64,000 bases of DNA. Source: Schizochytrium sp. TIO01. Its lineage: Eukaryota; Protista; Bigyra: Labyrinthulomycetes. Where the stretch lies: assembly GCA_004764695.1 (NCBI GenBank), contig SMSO01000014.1, positions 6,128,029 to 6,192,028 of the forward strand. The letters run 5' to 3'. Positions within the stretch are counted from its first letter, which is position 1, and each line of letters starts with the position of its first letter. The position numbers and the translations under genes were made by a program. The notes under the pieces are model-generated. The model was given only the letters and a program-made list of their open reading frames with translations, did no database searches and was not told the origin of the DNA. Positions 32,653 to 47,200 of the stretch are shown here, piece by piece.

Positions 32653-35437
32653 GCAAGAAAAGTAGTGGGTCAAGCAGCGAAATGAAAGGGACTGCGCGGC
32701 ACTGGCAAACCAAGCGGCCAACCGAGAGCCCACGGACTCGTTCAAGTTCAAGTTTAGGCTCCAGTTCTGGTTTGATCGTCGCGCATCGATTTGCGAATCA
32801 CTGCTGCAGAGGGTTTCCTTTGAGAACGGCAAGACCATCGAAAGATGGCCATGACAGGAAGCCACTTTATCAATTCGTTTCTGGGGCCGCGAGGCAGAAG
32901 CAAAATAAATGAAATTGATCGCGTTGCCGCCGCGAGTTCACGAAGGGTCCAGCACAGGCTTTGAGATGATAAGTTAAACGAAGCGATGCATCAGAATTAG
33001 GAAACCTCGGTAAGGCTATCCCTTAACGAACACCGGCGTTTATTCATCCGTGAATGGCTGCTCTTGTGGCGTTCATCGTATCACTGAGGTTCCTCCCCGG
33101 CGGCTTCCAGAGCTCGGCTTGAGCCGCTCACCATGCATCGCTACACTGCTGCTGCTGCGTAGTAGTAGTATTAGTAGCAGGTGGTGGTACCTGAATCCAC
33201 AGTAAAGAGCCCGCTTATTCTTTGGTTGATTGGTTGATTGGTTGATGTATTGATTCATGATCCGCCACGCCTATGCCACTGCCTGTCTGTGTCTGCTATG
33301 TCTGCTATATATGAAGTGCCTTCATATATATATACATATATATACTCGACTACAGAACAGCAATGGCTCATAAACGCCCCAAACAAAGCCCGGAGACAGC
33401 TAGCTTACGAAGAGTGCAATTAGTTAGTTAGTTCGTTGGCCAATTCGCTCAGCTCCTGAAGCCTGGGTAACTCAGTCCTCTTCGTGACGACCCTGACATC
33501 CTCTCCATTGCCTGACTGAGTTTGTGGGTGAGTGAATGAATGAGAATGATGAATGAATGAATGAATGAATCAGTGGGAACCACCACGATTGGCTGTTGCA
33601 GTCCCAAGAACTCATTCTTCTGCATTGGCCGCAGCAGCTTTCGACACAGATGCAAATTGGGCACTGCTGTCCTGTAGCGAATAGCGAGAGGCCGCGGTCT
33701 GCATCTTCAGCTCGAGGGGTAGTTCTCGAGGTCGCTCTGAGCAGCCTGGAAAGCCTTCTTCAAGAGTGAGTGAGTGATTAAGTGAGTGAGTGAGTGAGTA
33801 AGTGATTGAGTGAGTGCGAGTGTGGTTGAGCGGGTTCTTGGATTTCCTTCGGATGCCGCATTCAAAACACAATACTGAGAGTCCCCAAATTCCAACACGA
33901 GCGCTCTCATTCTTCCAACAGTCATTTGTTTACAAATAAACAAACAAACAAACAAACAAACAAACGAAAAATTAACCAAAGAAAGAAAACATCTTTGAAA
34001 GAAAGGAAAAAAAAGAAAAAAAAGAAAAAAAAGAAAAAAAAAAAGACTGCGCTGTCTGTTTGGTATACTGATCAGTCAATCAGTCAGTCAGTGAATCAAT
34101 CGATCAACTGCTCTGAAGGTGAGGCCAAGCCGAGGAAATCCGCAGGTAAGGATCTGCATTTTCTCGCTCGCTGGCGGGATCCCAGAGGCCATTGAGCAGA
34201 CACAAAGATAAAGAAGCCTTGGAGTGGAGCGAGCTCTGCAAAAAAGAAGTGAACTGAGACTTTCTTTAATTAACAAAAAAGAAGAGAAACCGGCTGCGCA
34301 GAAAGAAAGGAAAAGAAACGAAAAGAAAATAAAAGAAAAGAAAAGCAGGAATTCGCGGACAGAAAACTCCTTCCTTCTCTATTACTTGCTATGCCTGCAG
34401 TAAACACACGATTATTTTTTTTTTAATAATAATAATAATAATTAGTAATGTAGTTCTTTAATTTTCTCACATAAGAAAACGAATTGCGGCCATCGTCAAA
34501 GCGAAGCAACGTGAATGAAGCCCTGTCCAAACAACGCCAACGCCAAAGCCATGCGCACCGACAGCGGTTATTGTTATTCATTGCACGGCTGTCTGTATAG
34601 GATGCTGGCCGAGGCAAGCTCGTCCCTTTTGTAGCTTACAATACCACCACGAAAGAGCGGCCCTGGACATCGCAGTGCCACTTACTGCCTACCTCCAGAG
34701 CTATTATATCCCCAATCATTGACGAACGAACGAACGTGTTGTCCTTAGAACATTACATTCGTCTTCCGTGCTATTCGTTTCGTGTTTCTCCTACAAAACG
34801 AAACGTCGAATCGACAAATAGGCACCATACGAAGATCGAAGCTGCAAAAGAAAGATGCTGTGCTGTTCTCTTCTTGGACCACCTTTGCCGTTGGATTCTC
34901 GTCATCGTCTGCTCAGCCATGGCCGTTTTGTTTTGAGCGTATGAGCAAGAAACGCGACAGTTTGTCAGTCAGTTTGTGATGGTGCCAGTGCGAGCAAAAC
35001 GAGGCCCAATGGAAGTCTACCAAACCCTGAGTCCCACTGTTTGCGTGGCCTGTTTCATGACTGGTTGTGGCTTTTGGTTTCGAGGTGCATGCTTGCTATT
35101 GTTGAGTTGGTTGAGAAAGCCTACTCTCTACAGGATCTCGACTTGCTGCAGAAACCAGGTTCCTATTCCATTTGAGCTTGCAATATTGGTTTCTGAAGCT
35201 CATTTATCCATTTATGCATAAAGCCGGGACCTCATATGCGTGGCTGTAGACCATTCCGCCGCATCCATTGCTGTACAGAGTTCGCCCTCTTGGCGGAAAT
35301 AAACAAACAAATAAATAAGCAAACCAATGAATCAACGAATCAATTCGCTCGCGTACAAATTAAAGCCGAGATACTGTTCTTCTTCGGATTTCCAGCACAG
35401 CCCATGAGCGGCTGAGTACTCAGTTAGTTATTTTGCA

Positions 35438-35810
35438 TGTTTGTTTGTTTGTTTGTTTGTTTGTTTGTTTGTTTGTTTGTTTGTTTGTTTGTTTGTTTGT
35501 TTGTTTGTTTGTTTGTTTGTTTGTTTGTTTGTTTGTTTGTTTGTTTGTTTGCTTGTTTGTTTGTTTGTTTGTTTGTTTGTTTGTTTGTTTGTTTGTTTGT
35601 TTGTTTGTTTGTTTGTTTGTTTGTTTGTTTGTTTGTTTGTTTGTTTGTTTGTTTGTTTGTTTGTTTGTTTGTTTGTTTGTTTGTTTGTTTGTTTGTTTGT
35701 TTGTTTGTTTGTTTGTTTGTTTGTTTGTTTGTTTGTTTGTTTGTTTGTTTGTTTGTTTGTTTGTTTGTTTGCTTGTTTGTTTGTTTGTTTGCTTGTTTGT
35801 TTGCTTGTTT
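35438..35810. repeat. (TTTG)n microsatellite, ~370 bp
   Basis: Near-perfect TTTG array with a few CTTG variants. It explains the six spurious ORFs in the track. Confidence 0.99.
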
Positions 35811-36324
35811 GGAATTGCAGGCTTTCTTTCCACCCGTGAATGATCGTTGCAGACCGTTTGTTTCTCGACTCGGATTCAAGTTCTTCGTCCTTCGTGGCGA
35901 AAGAGACTTCCACAATCGTAGTCACCTTCGAATCCGATGCAGTTCTTTCCCCTCCCACTGAGAGAGAGATTAAGAGGCTGAGAGATCAAGGACTGAGGGG
36001 GATAAAGAGACTGAGGGGCGATAAAGAGATTGATGCATTGATTGAAAGGGGTAATTAATTGAGTGATCGACTGGATCTGCAAATCATCTCATGGACCCCT
36101 CGTCCTACTACTTCAACGCCAGCAGGTGCCGCTTCTTGCGACCGAGAGCGCAATATTTGATTGACCGCTTTCCTTCGATCTTTCCATTCTTCATTTTTCA
36201 ATCATCATGAAAAAACAAAGTACATTAGCAACCAACCCTACGAAAGTAAATCAACTCTGCAATCTAAAAATACTCTAACGCGCGCTCTGAAAAGTGCTAC
36301 TACAGTATTATTGAATAGGCCTTC

Positions 36325-36607
36325 TTTGTTTCATTGTTTCATTGTTTCATTGTTTCATTATTTATTTGTTTGTTTCATCGTTTCATTGTTTCATTGTTTC
36401 ATTGTTTATTTGTTTGTTTCAATTGATTTGTTTGTTTCATTGTTTCATTGTTTCATTGTTTGTTCCATTGTTTCATTGTTTGTTTCATTGTTTATTTGTT
36501 TGTTTCAATTGATTTGTTTGTTTCATTGTTTCATTGTTTCATTGTTTGTTCCATTGTTTCATTGTTTGTTTCATTGTTTATTTGTTTCTTTGATTGTTTG
36601 TTTCATT
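36325..36607. repeat. Compound (TTTCATTG)/(TTTG) minisatellite with 86-bp higher-order duplication
   Basis: CAATTGATTTG recurs at 36420 and 36506, and GTTCCATTG recurs at 36462 and 36548; both give a period of 86. Confidence 0.9.
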
Positions 36608-39045
36608 CTCGGCACGATGGTGGCCACGGCCTCTCAGCCCTCATCAGTCCTTCGAGCTGGGCACGCCTGACGCTTCCATGGCTCCCGAGCGACGACCGAG
36701 ACGGATTCCGCTGCAGCTCGCGTGCATCGGCAGAGACGGTCGCGATACTGCGCAGGTCGCCGAACAGGGCCAGCAGGTGGGCGGGCTGGTCCAAGCTCGC
36801 TTTTGGTCGATGGGCTGATCGTGGTGCACAACTCTTGACGGCGCGAGCAGCGCGAGCAGAATTCTTGGCGCTTTGGCTTGCCCGAATACGGCTGGAGCTG
36901 GTGCTGGTGCTGGCGCTGGTGCTGGCGCAGAGATGGTATGCGAGAGCGAGAGGGCTCTGGCTGGGAGGAAGGCGCAGCAGGTTGCCTTCCGCTTCAAAGT
37001 TTCTGCGAGCAGAATGGAGCGTGGCACGGGCCTCGTGACTCGTAGCCAACTGGCTGGTTAGCACATCTTCATCACGGTTCGTGGTATCTGCTAGGAATCG
37101 TTTGCAAGAAGACCTCGATGAAGGGCTGCTTCTCAATCAACTGCTTCGATTGGGCCTCCAGCATTGTCGCAGCTGACGCAGCGAGTTTGTGTTGCAATGG
37201 CGGCACGTTTATGATAGATATCCTTTTCGAGCTCTAGAGTCCAGACCCTTTGCCGTTGACTCTTGGCATGCCTGCTCAAAGCCACAATAAGCTCAAGCCA
37301 ATCGATCGATCAATTGATCGATTCTCTATTCAGCCAAGCCAGACGAACGAGCGAACAAACGAACGAACAAACGAACGAACAAACACTGAAGATAGCTCTG
37401 GTCTTTAAAGCCTCTCCAGAGCAGCCATCTTCTAGTACCCATCGATTGTGTCTATCGATTGTCTCGATCTCTTCAAGCCCAAGCTGTGCTGTGCATTCCC
37501 ATTCCACTTTTTGCGTTCTAGGCAGAGAGTAGTAGGAGGGGGGAGAATGTTAAAGACAAAAAGAAGCGGTCAGAGCAAACGAGCAAGCAAAAGACGCTCG
37601 TTGTTTTGTTTTGTCTTGATTCGCTCACCACATAGTATGTCGCTTTTACTGCTAAGTTCTTGGAGTTCCTTGATTTGTAGTACCTGTATATCTAGCTAGA
37701 AACTTGAAGAGTTCTGTTCAACCCTAGTAAGTAGGTAAGCTATTGGTCGCTCCGCTTCTTTTGTTGTTTTCCATATTTTGTTGCAATAGCTATGGACCCT
37801 AAGCGCATTCTATGGCTACGTAGCTGTCGCAGTCATTTCTTCTTTCCAAGTACAATTTAAACATACGTATCATTATTCATTCTTTTATCAAAAACGTTTT
37901 TATCTCATTTCGTTTTTATTTTTAATAATAACACATTTAAAACAATTAAATAAAAAGTACATTTAACGAAAGAATGAAGGGGAAAGAAAAAGAGCGCATG
38001 ATTTATTTATTTTGTTTATTTATTTTTCCGAGTTCTCGGAATTTGGATCCGCCTGCATATCTTCCTATCCTCCACTCTTCCGAAATCCCTTTTTGGCGTT
38101 TTGGCGCAGAGAAAGATTACGCAATTCTGACTTATAACTTATTCATTCATTCATTCATTCATTCATTCATAAACTCACTCAAACCTCACTCACTCTTTGG
38201 GCAGAGAAGCAGTTGGGGCCCGACTATAATTGGCTGCCCATTGGTGCGACTCGCGTTAACTTGCTTATGCATTTGCTTACTGGCCTCGAGTTCCCACGCG
38301 TTGTGCAAAGTCGCCGTCATCGAAGCGTCGAAGCTCCATAGTGTACAACTTGGACTTTCGCTGCCGAGGACAGCAGATATGATAACATGTCCATCTCCAA
38401 AGCACATTGCGCAGTGGGAAAGATCGCTTTTCTTTCCTTTTAAAGGGGTCAGCGATGGCAATCGTTAATTCTATGGACTCGCTTACAAGTCAATCAAACA
38501 ATCAATCAATCAAACAATCAACAACACAACACAACAAAACAAAACAAAACCAAGTGAGAGCAGGGACAATTGGCCATCACGATGGTGCAGCCATCTCCAT
38601 ACTAAACTAGTATGTGCACACCCGTGGCAAGGAGGCTTCTGAGTGTATAGCTCGCTCGCTATCTATCGATAGAGCGTTTATTAGATTAAAAGTAAACAGA
38701 GCGAATGCGAAATGATTTATATGTTTTTATATTGTACTATGGCTGATGCAGATAACTTGACTAGAAGCACATATACATTCACTCACTCATTCACTCATTC
38801 ATTTATGTATGTATGTACGTTTGTTTGTAAGTTTGTATGTTTGTATGTTTGTTTGTTTGGTTGCTTGTTTGTATGTTTGTTTGTTTGGTTGCTTGTTTGT
38901 AAGTGTTTATGCACTACTGTTTGCCATGCGTCGAGGGCCTGCTCGCGCGTTCGGCCCAAAGGATAGATACCAAGTGCCGCCTAAAGTTCGAGCGCCATCA
39001 GGAGTTTGCTTGCCATTCTCAGGGTTGAATTGCAATCGATCAATC

Positions 39046-39187
39046 AATCAAACAACAAACAATCAAACAAACAATCAAACAAACAATCAAACAAACAATC
39101 AAAACAATCAAACAAACAATCAAACAAACAATCAAACAAACAATCAAACAAACAATCAAACCAACAATCAAACAAACAAACAATCAA
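39046..39187. repeat. (AAACAAACAATC)n 12-bp tandem repeat
   Basis: About 11 imperfect copies are directly visible. Confidence 0.93.
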
Positions 39188-41274
39188 ATAACGAATGTCT
39201 CTCTGTCATTTCCTGCAGTATTTCTTTCCTTCTCTTGGCTTTGCAACGGATGATAAGAAAAGTAAGTTTCCTCTCTCCAGTTCAATCGTTTGTTCAATCG
39301 TTCGCTGCTCTTCCACCGCGATTTTAAGACTACAAGAAAAGAGCAAACAAACACTGAGGCATTCAGAAATAAGTGACAATGAAGAAGCAACCACGCGAGG
39401 AAAGTCACTTAGTCTGTACAATAAATAACATTGAAATGCTGCAAACTTTGCTTTGTTTGTCGCTCCACTTCTGAGAAACTACTGAGTGGCTTTCGTCGCC
39501 TCTGATTGCCTGCTGCTTGAGCTGTCTGTCTTCGTTGAGGCCTCTTCGTCGTGGATCGAGGGAGTAAGGATGACCTCGTTCTGCACGCGATTGGCCGTGT
39601 AATGGTCGATGAGTGAGTGAGTGATTTGAGCCTAAGGCGCTTCTTCTTTCTTCTTCTTTTTCCTTCTTCTCTCTTCTCTCTTTGAGGCCTTTTCAAAGGT
39701 GACACGCGGCGAAACATAAAAGCCTCTCAAGGCGAAGCTAGGCGTGTTCTACCCATAACACTAAGGGTGCCTGAGAAGCGTCTCGTTTTATAAAAATATT
39801 CGTTCTCTGTAATTTATAAATGAAAAAATAAATAAACAAACAAACAAACAAACAAACAAACAAATATTATATATTATATACATACATGTGTCATATCACT
39901 GACGTGAATAGAATGTGATAATTCCACATAGTTTTTCACTGTCAAGAAAAGGGAAGAAAGAAGAAACGAAAGTGAGGAGCTTGGTAGGAGCGCCTAAATG
40001 ACTGCTATGACGAGGCAGAGGGTGAAAGCGCGAGAGATACGGCTTCTTGAAAGTGAAGAAGAAGCCCTGGCAACATAAAGAAAGTCGCGCATACATAGCA
40101 GATGAATGAATGCATGAATGAATGAACTCAGGAAGGAATGAAGCAGCGAAGAAGCGGTGAGTGACGAAGGAAGTGACAACAACCCCCTTCAGTTGTTGTT
40201 TTTATTATTGGTAGGAGGTACCTGCGTGGCTGCCCTCTGCCAAATAGATGCCATTTGTACTAACGACTATTCAGCTTTTGGCCTCCTTAGTTCGCCTTAG
40301 AATTCTTTGCTTTTTTGTTCTTCTAAAGTTAAAGTTATAAAAAGAAATGTAAAACTCGTCATGTTTCCGCCGTGTATAAAATGCTAAAGCTGCTCTTAGA
40401 GACTGACTGAAGAGAATGTTGCTTGGTAGACTATTCGTTAGTGCTTACGTAGGAGTTGCTTTAGAGGAAGAAGAATAATTTTATTTTTCCCCTGTGTTTC
40501 TTTTTAGTTTTAGAAAATGTAAAAACTATAAAGACTGACTTTGATTGATTAATTAATTGATTAATTGATTGATCGATTCTCTGATCAAACGATTTATTTG
40601 TATAACAAATTCGTAATATTGACCAGGAGGGGAGCAAGCGCTGCAGACTGCAAAGCCTTGGCCAAAGCCGTGGCCAACCCGTCGAAGTACGCTCGCTCGA
40701 TCGATCTCTTGCTTTCCCTCTTGACCAATCGATTGGTTGATCGACTGACAAAACGTACCTACTGCCCGAGACCTGGAGTCGACGTGTTTGTTTGGGGAAC
40801 GAGACCACAAAGACGAAGTACATTACTTTGATTGCCTCCGAAGCAAAACAGCAACTGGAATAACAAGGACCCCGACAACAAACAACCTCGAGGACAAGAG
40901 CTCCAACGACTTTTCAGCTCGCTCAACAAGTGTAGTCCTCGAACGGGGCGCCCAAACCTCACGCCTGCTGTACTGCAGAGCCCGGTGCTGTTGAGTGTTT
41001 TAGTATCTCCTTTTCTTTTAATAGGACCAGCGTCATCGACGGCGTCATCATCGCTGTGGATCCACGTTGTCATCAACCAAAAGTTGTCACAGCCTACACG
41101 CTCGTGTTCACTTCGCCGCATTTGACGATTACTGGTGACCGGCCCTGCTCGAGCATACCTCCCCCAAGGGCCCGAGGAAGGCTTCTCCGGTGTTGCAAAC
41201 GGAGAGCCTCGATCACTTAGTTGTCTTGTCATTCATTCATTTATCACTTATCTTTAATCACAAAATCAGTCAAG

Positions 41275-42293
41275 ATGCTGCACGGTATTGAGGTCGTGGC
41301 TTTCTCGCTAGTCCTTGCACTGATCGGCGCTGCTTTGAGGCTATGGTAAGTAAAAATCACTGCAAAACGCAGACTTCTCGCAGGCATGGTCTTAACCTTG
41401 AAACGATGGAGGTCAGCATTCTTGAGACAGGTCCAGATGCTCGCTCTTTTAGCTCTAAGAAATACCAATTCAAAGAGAGGCCTATTCGATGCGCATCAGG
41501 GTCTATTCAACCTGCCACAAGCAAGCTACTGCAGATCTTTTCGTGACAGGCGTCAAGAATATGGTTTAACGAGGCGGTGCTTTAAAATACGTTCATATTG
41601 TGTTATATTGTGGAGGAGGGCGTACACATCCTGAAAACGATCTCAAGACTAACGGACTGACCTTTGAACCTTTGAAAAAACTCTGCAAAATGTGATGTGA
41701 TCCCATATAATATCAACAGGATGTGCTTGAGACCAAGGTCGAAGCGCACAATCAAGCTTAAATCGACGGAGAAGTGCAGCACCCTGATGGTGCTTGGATC
41801 TGGTGGGCACACAACAGAGATGCTCGCCCTCGTGCAAGAAATGTCTGAAAGGTATGCCCCTCTCCACGTTGTTGTTGCGGACACTGATAAAACTAGCCTG
41901 CCCAAGTTTGAAGCAAGCAGCCCGCGCTTATCTGCTCGCGCAGACATTCACACCATTCGCCGTAGCCGTGAGGTCGGTCAAAGTTTTGTGACCTCTGCGT
42001 GGACTACTGCTGTAGCCACCCTCGACAGCATCTTTGTAGTTTTGCAGTCGAGGCCAAAGCTCGTACTTTGCAATGGACCGGGAACATGCGTGCCTGTCGT
42101 AATCGGTGCCCTTTTGCTTCGGTTCCTTGGCCTGGGTGACCCCTGCATTGTTTTTGTTGAGAGTTTTTGCCGTGTCAAGACGCTTTCCCTCTCCGGTAAA
42201 ATCCTTTATGGTTTGGCCGATAGATTTATTGTGCAATGGCCGGAGCTTGCTGACCAATTTCCTCGCGCGGAATATGTTGGCACATTGTTCTAA
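41275..42293 (+). CDS. ALG14: UDP-GlcNAc transferase subunit ALG14, 2 exons: 41275-41345 + 41720-42293
   Basis: Exon 1 encodes a TM anchor (MLHGIEVVAFSLVLALIGAALRLW). The intron runs from GTAAGT (41346) to CAACAG (41719), phase 2, and joins in frame. Motifs present: VLGSGGHTTEML, IRRSREVGQS, LVLCNGPGTCVP, VFVESFCRVKTLSLSGKILY and FIVQWPEL. Confidence 0.96.
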
Positions 42294-44216
42294 AGCGCGC
42301 CTCGTTCGCTGGGCGAATCTGGGGTTGCTTTTTGAATTGAATCTTTTCTTTTCACGCACAAGCTAAAACCCTACCTGTGCATTTAGTAAGTTGTTGATAC
42401 CACAACTGTACACTGGCCCTTTTGATACTTTTGCGGCCGTTGTGGTCTCCTGATTTATATTCTGCACAGTTCTTCAGTCCCTACTATGATGAGAAGGAGT
42501 TTGCTTCTTCGTACGGCCCCATCACGATGTTTCATATGACCCCTCTCATTTCACTCTTTTCCAGTGCCGTCAATATCAGGTGTTTCCGCCTTCGAATAAG
42601 TTATTCAAGCAATAGCTTGACGGCAATTATTCATTTGGAAACATCTGATTGCCTCAAGGAAATTGTAACAACACTATGTACGATTGTCTGTTGTAATTTT
42701 TTCATTTCAACAAGGAATCGCATATAACCTTCTTTTGGTACAACACATGTGCAGAAGTTGAATTTGCGTTCGTCGAGTTGACGGTATTCTAAATCTGTCC
42801 ATCTATCAATATAGCTTCTTAGGAGTCCGGTTTCCCTCTGCAATTAAAGGCTTTACACTATCGTCAAATTTATGTTTGGCGAACCAAATATACTGGCTGC
42901 AGACACATTCATGGCTGAAGAGAACGGATTTCGACAGTCTGGTTCAATGTGCAAAAAAAAGAAAAAAAAAAAAGACTACCTACGTCATATACAAGTATCT
43001 ATCCCAAGCTTCTCTTCGCACTTGTCCATTGAAGATGCTGGGTCGATATCTATTTTGTGTCGTCTTGTTCGTGTCTTCTTTCCCCCCCCCCTCCATTTTA
43101 AAACTGCTGCTGCAAGTCTTTTGTTGTGCAGTACTTTCAATTTCAAGATTTGTGGATCTGTGTAATTGGTGTGCGTATTTATCTACCTATCTATTATATA
43201 TATCACTTTTTACTTACCCACATGCCAGATCCTACAGCGCTTCTAACGAATGCTTCTCAACCAGCAACGGACTTACAAAAACTTTATCTATCTATGTAGA
43301 GCGCATCTGCTTCTACGTTCGCACGAATCTGAGTCGCAAATTTCTTAGATGTCGAATTTATCTAGTTTACTTATTTTACGAATATCCAATTTCCCCTTGC
43401 CAATTCAGGTGCTACAAGACGTTGAGCAATCCATTTTAAAGATAGCGCGACTTTACATAGAACGTGGGTCTGCCCTATCTATTCCCCATACTAAGGAGTA
43501 AGATACCTTTTGAAGCCAGCGAAGCTAGGTGATACTCACAAGATGTGGTAAGGATATGAATTAAGTATTAAACAAAATCTATCTCTGCAGATTCCAGGCA
43601 GCCCTTGCAAACCACTACCACTTACCATCACTATCAGCAAGAGAACAACAACAGTTTGAGAAAACAACATAAGACATATATAATATATATATATATAAAA
43701 ATATCAAAAATCCGAATTATAATCTGAAGGTGAAAATCATCTGTCAGTACCTATCATATCAAAGTATATTTGAACCAAAGGTTCACAAATATCAATTAAA
43801 ATCGACCATTTGTCCACAAAGAGGGTCTATCAAACACCAGAGATGGAAACCCTGTCCAAGCTCGGTGCATATCAATAATATTATTTTTAAAAACGTGTTC
43901 ACAACGACCCAACAAATGAATGGATGGATCAATAATATAGCCAAAACCACGCACTACAAGGTGTTTCAAGCGAATAGCGAGACGCACTTTGTAGTTCAAA
44001 TGTCCACAGACAAAGAAAAGAATAACGAAATGCGAATGATGACCGAATGCGCTGTAGCAACAATAACAGCAAAGGTCGTGACATGACCTCTCTCGCCAGT
44101 TGCATTTGCAAGTTGGTAGCCCCAGCACGTATGGACAGACATCATCAGTGAGGAATCGAAGCACCATGAAGTAAGTTTCTTATTTTGCGCTGCTTCGATA
44201 ACTTGAGATCCAAGAA

Positions 44217-47200
44217 TTAACTGGACGAGCTGGACGACTTACCACTACTGCCACGACGGCGACTCTGGCGGCGGCAATTAGTCTCGTAGTGAAGTTGAAT
44301 GGCATAATCATGGTCAGGATGTTTCTCTTTCCGCCCAGACACAGGGGGGAGAAGTTTACTTGCATCAAAATGAGCTACTACCTTTGTGGAGTCAGAATCT
44401 GATGAACTCTCAGAACAGCACCGGTGCAGTGCATCTGGCGTGATGGGTAACTGGAGATCAAACTCGCTTCGACGCAGGGACCTAAGAATTGATGAGTCTC
44501 CGTCCAACCGGACCACATATTTGTTACGGACAACTTTAATCACCATTCCTTCCAAACCATTTTCCAGTATAGTAACACGTTGGCATAGAATGTCCACTGC
44601 ACGAGGGATCTTTTTAGTCGTAGTGGACGAGGTCGTGGACGACCCACAACTACCTCCCCCAGAATCACGACAATCGAATGCGTTTGCCGGAAAGACAAAC
44701 ATGGTGAGATCACCCTTCCTTGGTGCACCTTTGTATTCTCCGTGAAGGTACATGTGGCGGTCAAGCTGTTCCTTCTTGACAGTACCCAGCGGGCATTTCC
44801 TGCATGGATAAGGCCACTTTTCATGGTGATGTTTGCAGTTGTGGATTTGCAGCGACTCGGGATACCGGTAACCCACTGCAGATCCACACACATGACATTT
44901 ATGCTTGAGAATGTCTTTCTTTAAAACCTTGCTCATGATACGGTATGTCACATCTTCGTTTTGATAGCAAAGGCTTGGGCATGCTTCATCTATAGAGAAG
45001 CCACCCTTGGAGTAAAAATTGCGAGCCTTTTCGTTGGATTTTTGAACAGTGAGCATGAGCAATGCAGTCTTTAGGCGGTACGCCACATCTTCAAGATGAC
45101 CCATCAGGTAGGCACCAATGCGAAATTGCCGTGCCTCCGGCACAAGTTGAAGCTCATGAATGTACAAAATAGGCCATTTGTTCATCTCGTAGTATGTTTT
45201 GAAGGCAACAAAGCCGATAATGTTTTTGGGATTGTGGGTATCTTTAGTGGTAGTGTCCTGACCAGCTTCAGCTCCTATTTTGAGTTCCTTTTGGTCGTTT
45301 TCAGCCGAAACACTCGTTGAAAAAGAATCAACTACTCCGTCTGTTTCTACAGTAGAGTCCTTTCTGACAATACCAGAGCTAGGTAGATTTTGTGAGGTTA
45401 AGGGAGAACAGCCCTCCGAGTTCTCCACAACCTGATCAACAACACCCTTCAACACATCTAAACATACCATGAAAGGGTCGTCCTCATCTGCACAACGCGG
45501 TGCTACCTTGATCTCATCACTATAAACAACAAAAAAGTTCATACCAGCACTACATAATAGTTCTTGCTGCTTCTCTGCATCATCCCATCGGTTAGATCCT
45601 TGAGAATCTTCGTACATAGGCTTCATATTGTTACGCATAATCTTGAAAAGAGTATCTGCGACACGATTAGGCAGCATTTCAGTGCAAAAGTAGCGGACAC
45701 TGGAGATAGGTAGTCCTCCCTCTGGAAGCTTGGTGCCTTCGTTATTCAAGCCAGTTGTTTGCCCGGTACGATTGATCACTATGCGATGTCTCTCTGAGGC
45801 CACATCCTTGCAAGTTTGGTCGACGTCACGTTGCATGACATAATCGACACGAGTGCCTTCACGACGTTTTGCGCGAGCAGCTCGGCTCTCCGCTGCTGAT
45901 GTGGCCACAATAGCAGGTGTATGGTCTTCAAAGCTTTTCATTGAGAGGGACTGCGGAGAAACGGGAAGGGTACCCTGTTCCGAACCTGCTCTACTATCTT
46001 CGACCAGATGACATGCTGACTTGACCTCCCAGAACAAGCTATCATCATCCTTAAACCTCAAAAGTACGAACACGTCTCCCTCTTTTTCTACTACAGCAAG
46101 CCGCTTCTTATCATCACCAAGATAAATTTCGACATGTTCATGCAACATACTATCCGTCGTAAAGCTTTCTGAAGCATGACTTCTTGGGGACTTTGACTGA
46201 GACATTGATCTACGAGACTTTCTGGTTCCAGTGGCCGCCGATGATGGTCGTCTTCGCTTGGGGGACCTTTGCGGGCCAGCGTCTGCTGTCTGCGTTTTTC
46301 TCAAGTTTTGCTTGTTTTGCTTAGATTTTGTCGTTGTTGTCTTTCTCCTTGATGCATTAGTTCTTCTAGTGGCAGCAGGACTTAGTCGCTTCTTTGATGC
46401 TTTTGCCTCTTGGTAATCTTCATCTTTGTCGTCGTCATCATTGAAATGATGTTCATCATATTGGTCTTCTTCCACATCAGAATCTTGAAAAGGTTTTGTG
46501 TTTCTCTTATTGCGAGTGACGGCTCGTGCTCTTGTGGTCTGTTGGGTATTTTTTTTAGTTGACTTATTCACTCTTCGCCGCGGTTTCGATGGTTTGATCA
46601 CTAGACCCTCGTATTCATCATCTCGGCTTTCCATAGACTCCATGATGCTCGTCTCAATAAGGGCAGGCTCGGTTCGTCCCTGAACTTGCAATCTTAAAGA
46701 ATCAGACGCAGTAGACTGTGTACAAGAGCTTGGGGACAATCTCCGTCTACTGGATTCTCTCTTCCCAGTTATTGCAGCTGCCCTGGTTGATCTGCGGGTG
46801 GTAGTCGATGTCATCAATGTCGGTGTCACCAAGGATGCTGATGCTGTCGACGAAGCCAGGTCTGCAGCACTCTCCGAGCCCATCCCGAGAGGCATGTTTC
46901 GCACAGTACTTGACTCTGTAGAATGAAAAGAATTAGCAGTAGAAGAAGTTTGGAAACCATTTGCTGAGGATACTTCTGTTGAAGATGAAAATTGCGCTTG
47001 CGACCCCAATTCTGATGGAATTGTTGAAGACCCAGAACTACCAGCGCCTGCAACCTCGAATCCAGCAAGAGACGTCGCTGCATCAAGGGCAGAAGGGTGA
47101 CTAGGCGTGGCGACATCAGGTCCTTGCGTCGCTTCACATGGGACCGAGTTTACAGAAGAGGAACTGTGCAGAGAAGAAGGAGAGGACGACACAGCTCCAT

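Noticed and set aside
35420-35961. Six overlapping ORFs of KQTN/FVCL repeats
   Set aside because: They are translations of the (TTTG)n microsatellite.
40759-41232. 157-aa minus-strand ORF divergent from ALG14
   Set aside because: It has no recognisable motif or clear coding bias and may be UTR or non-coding.
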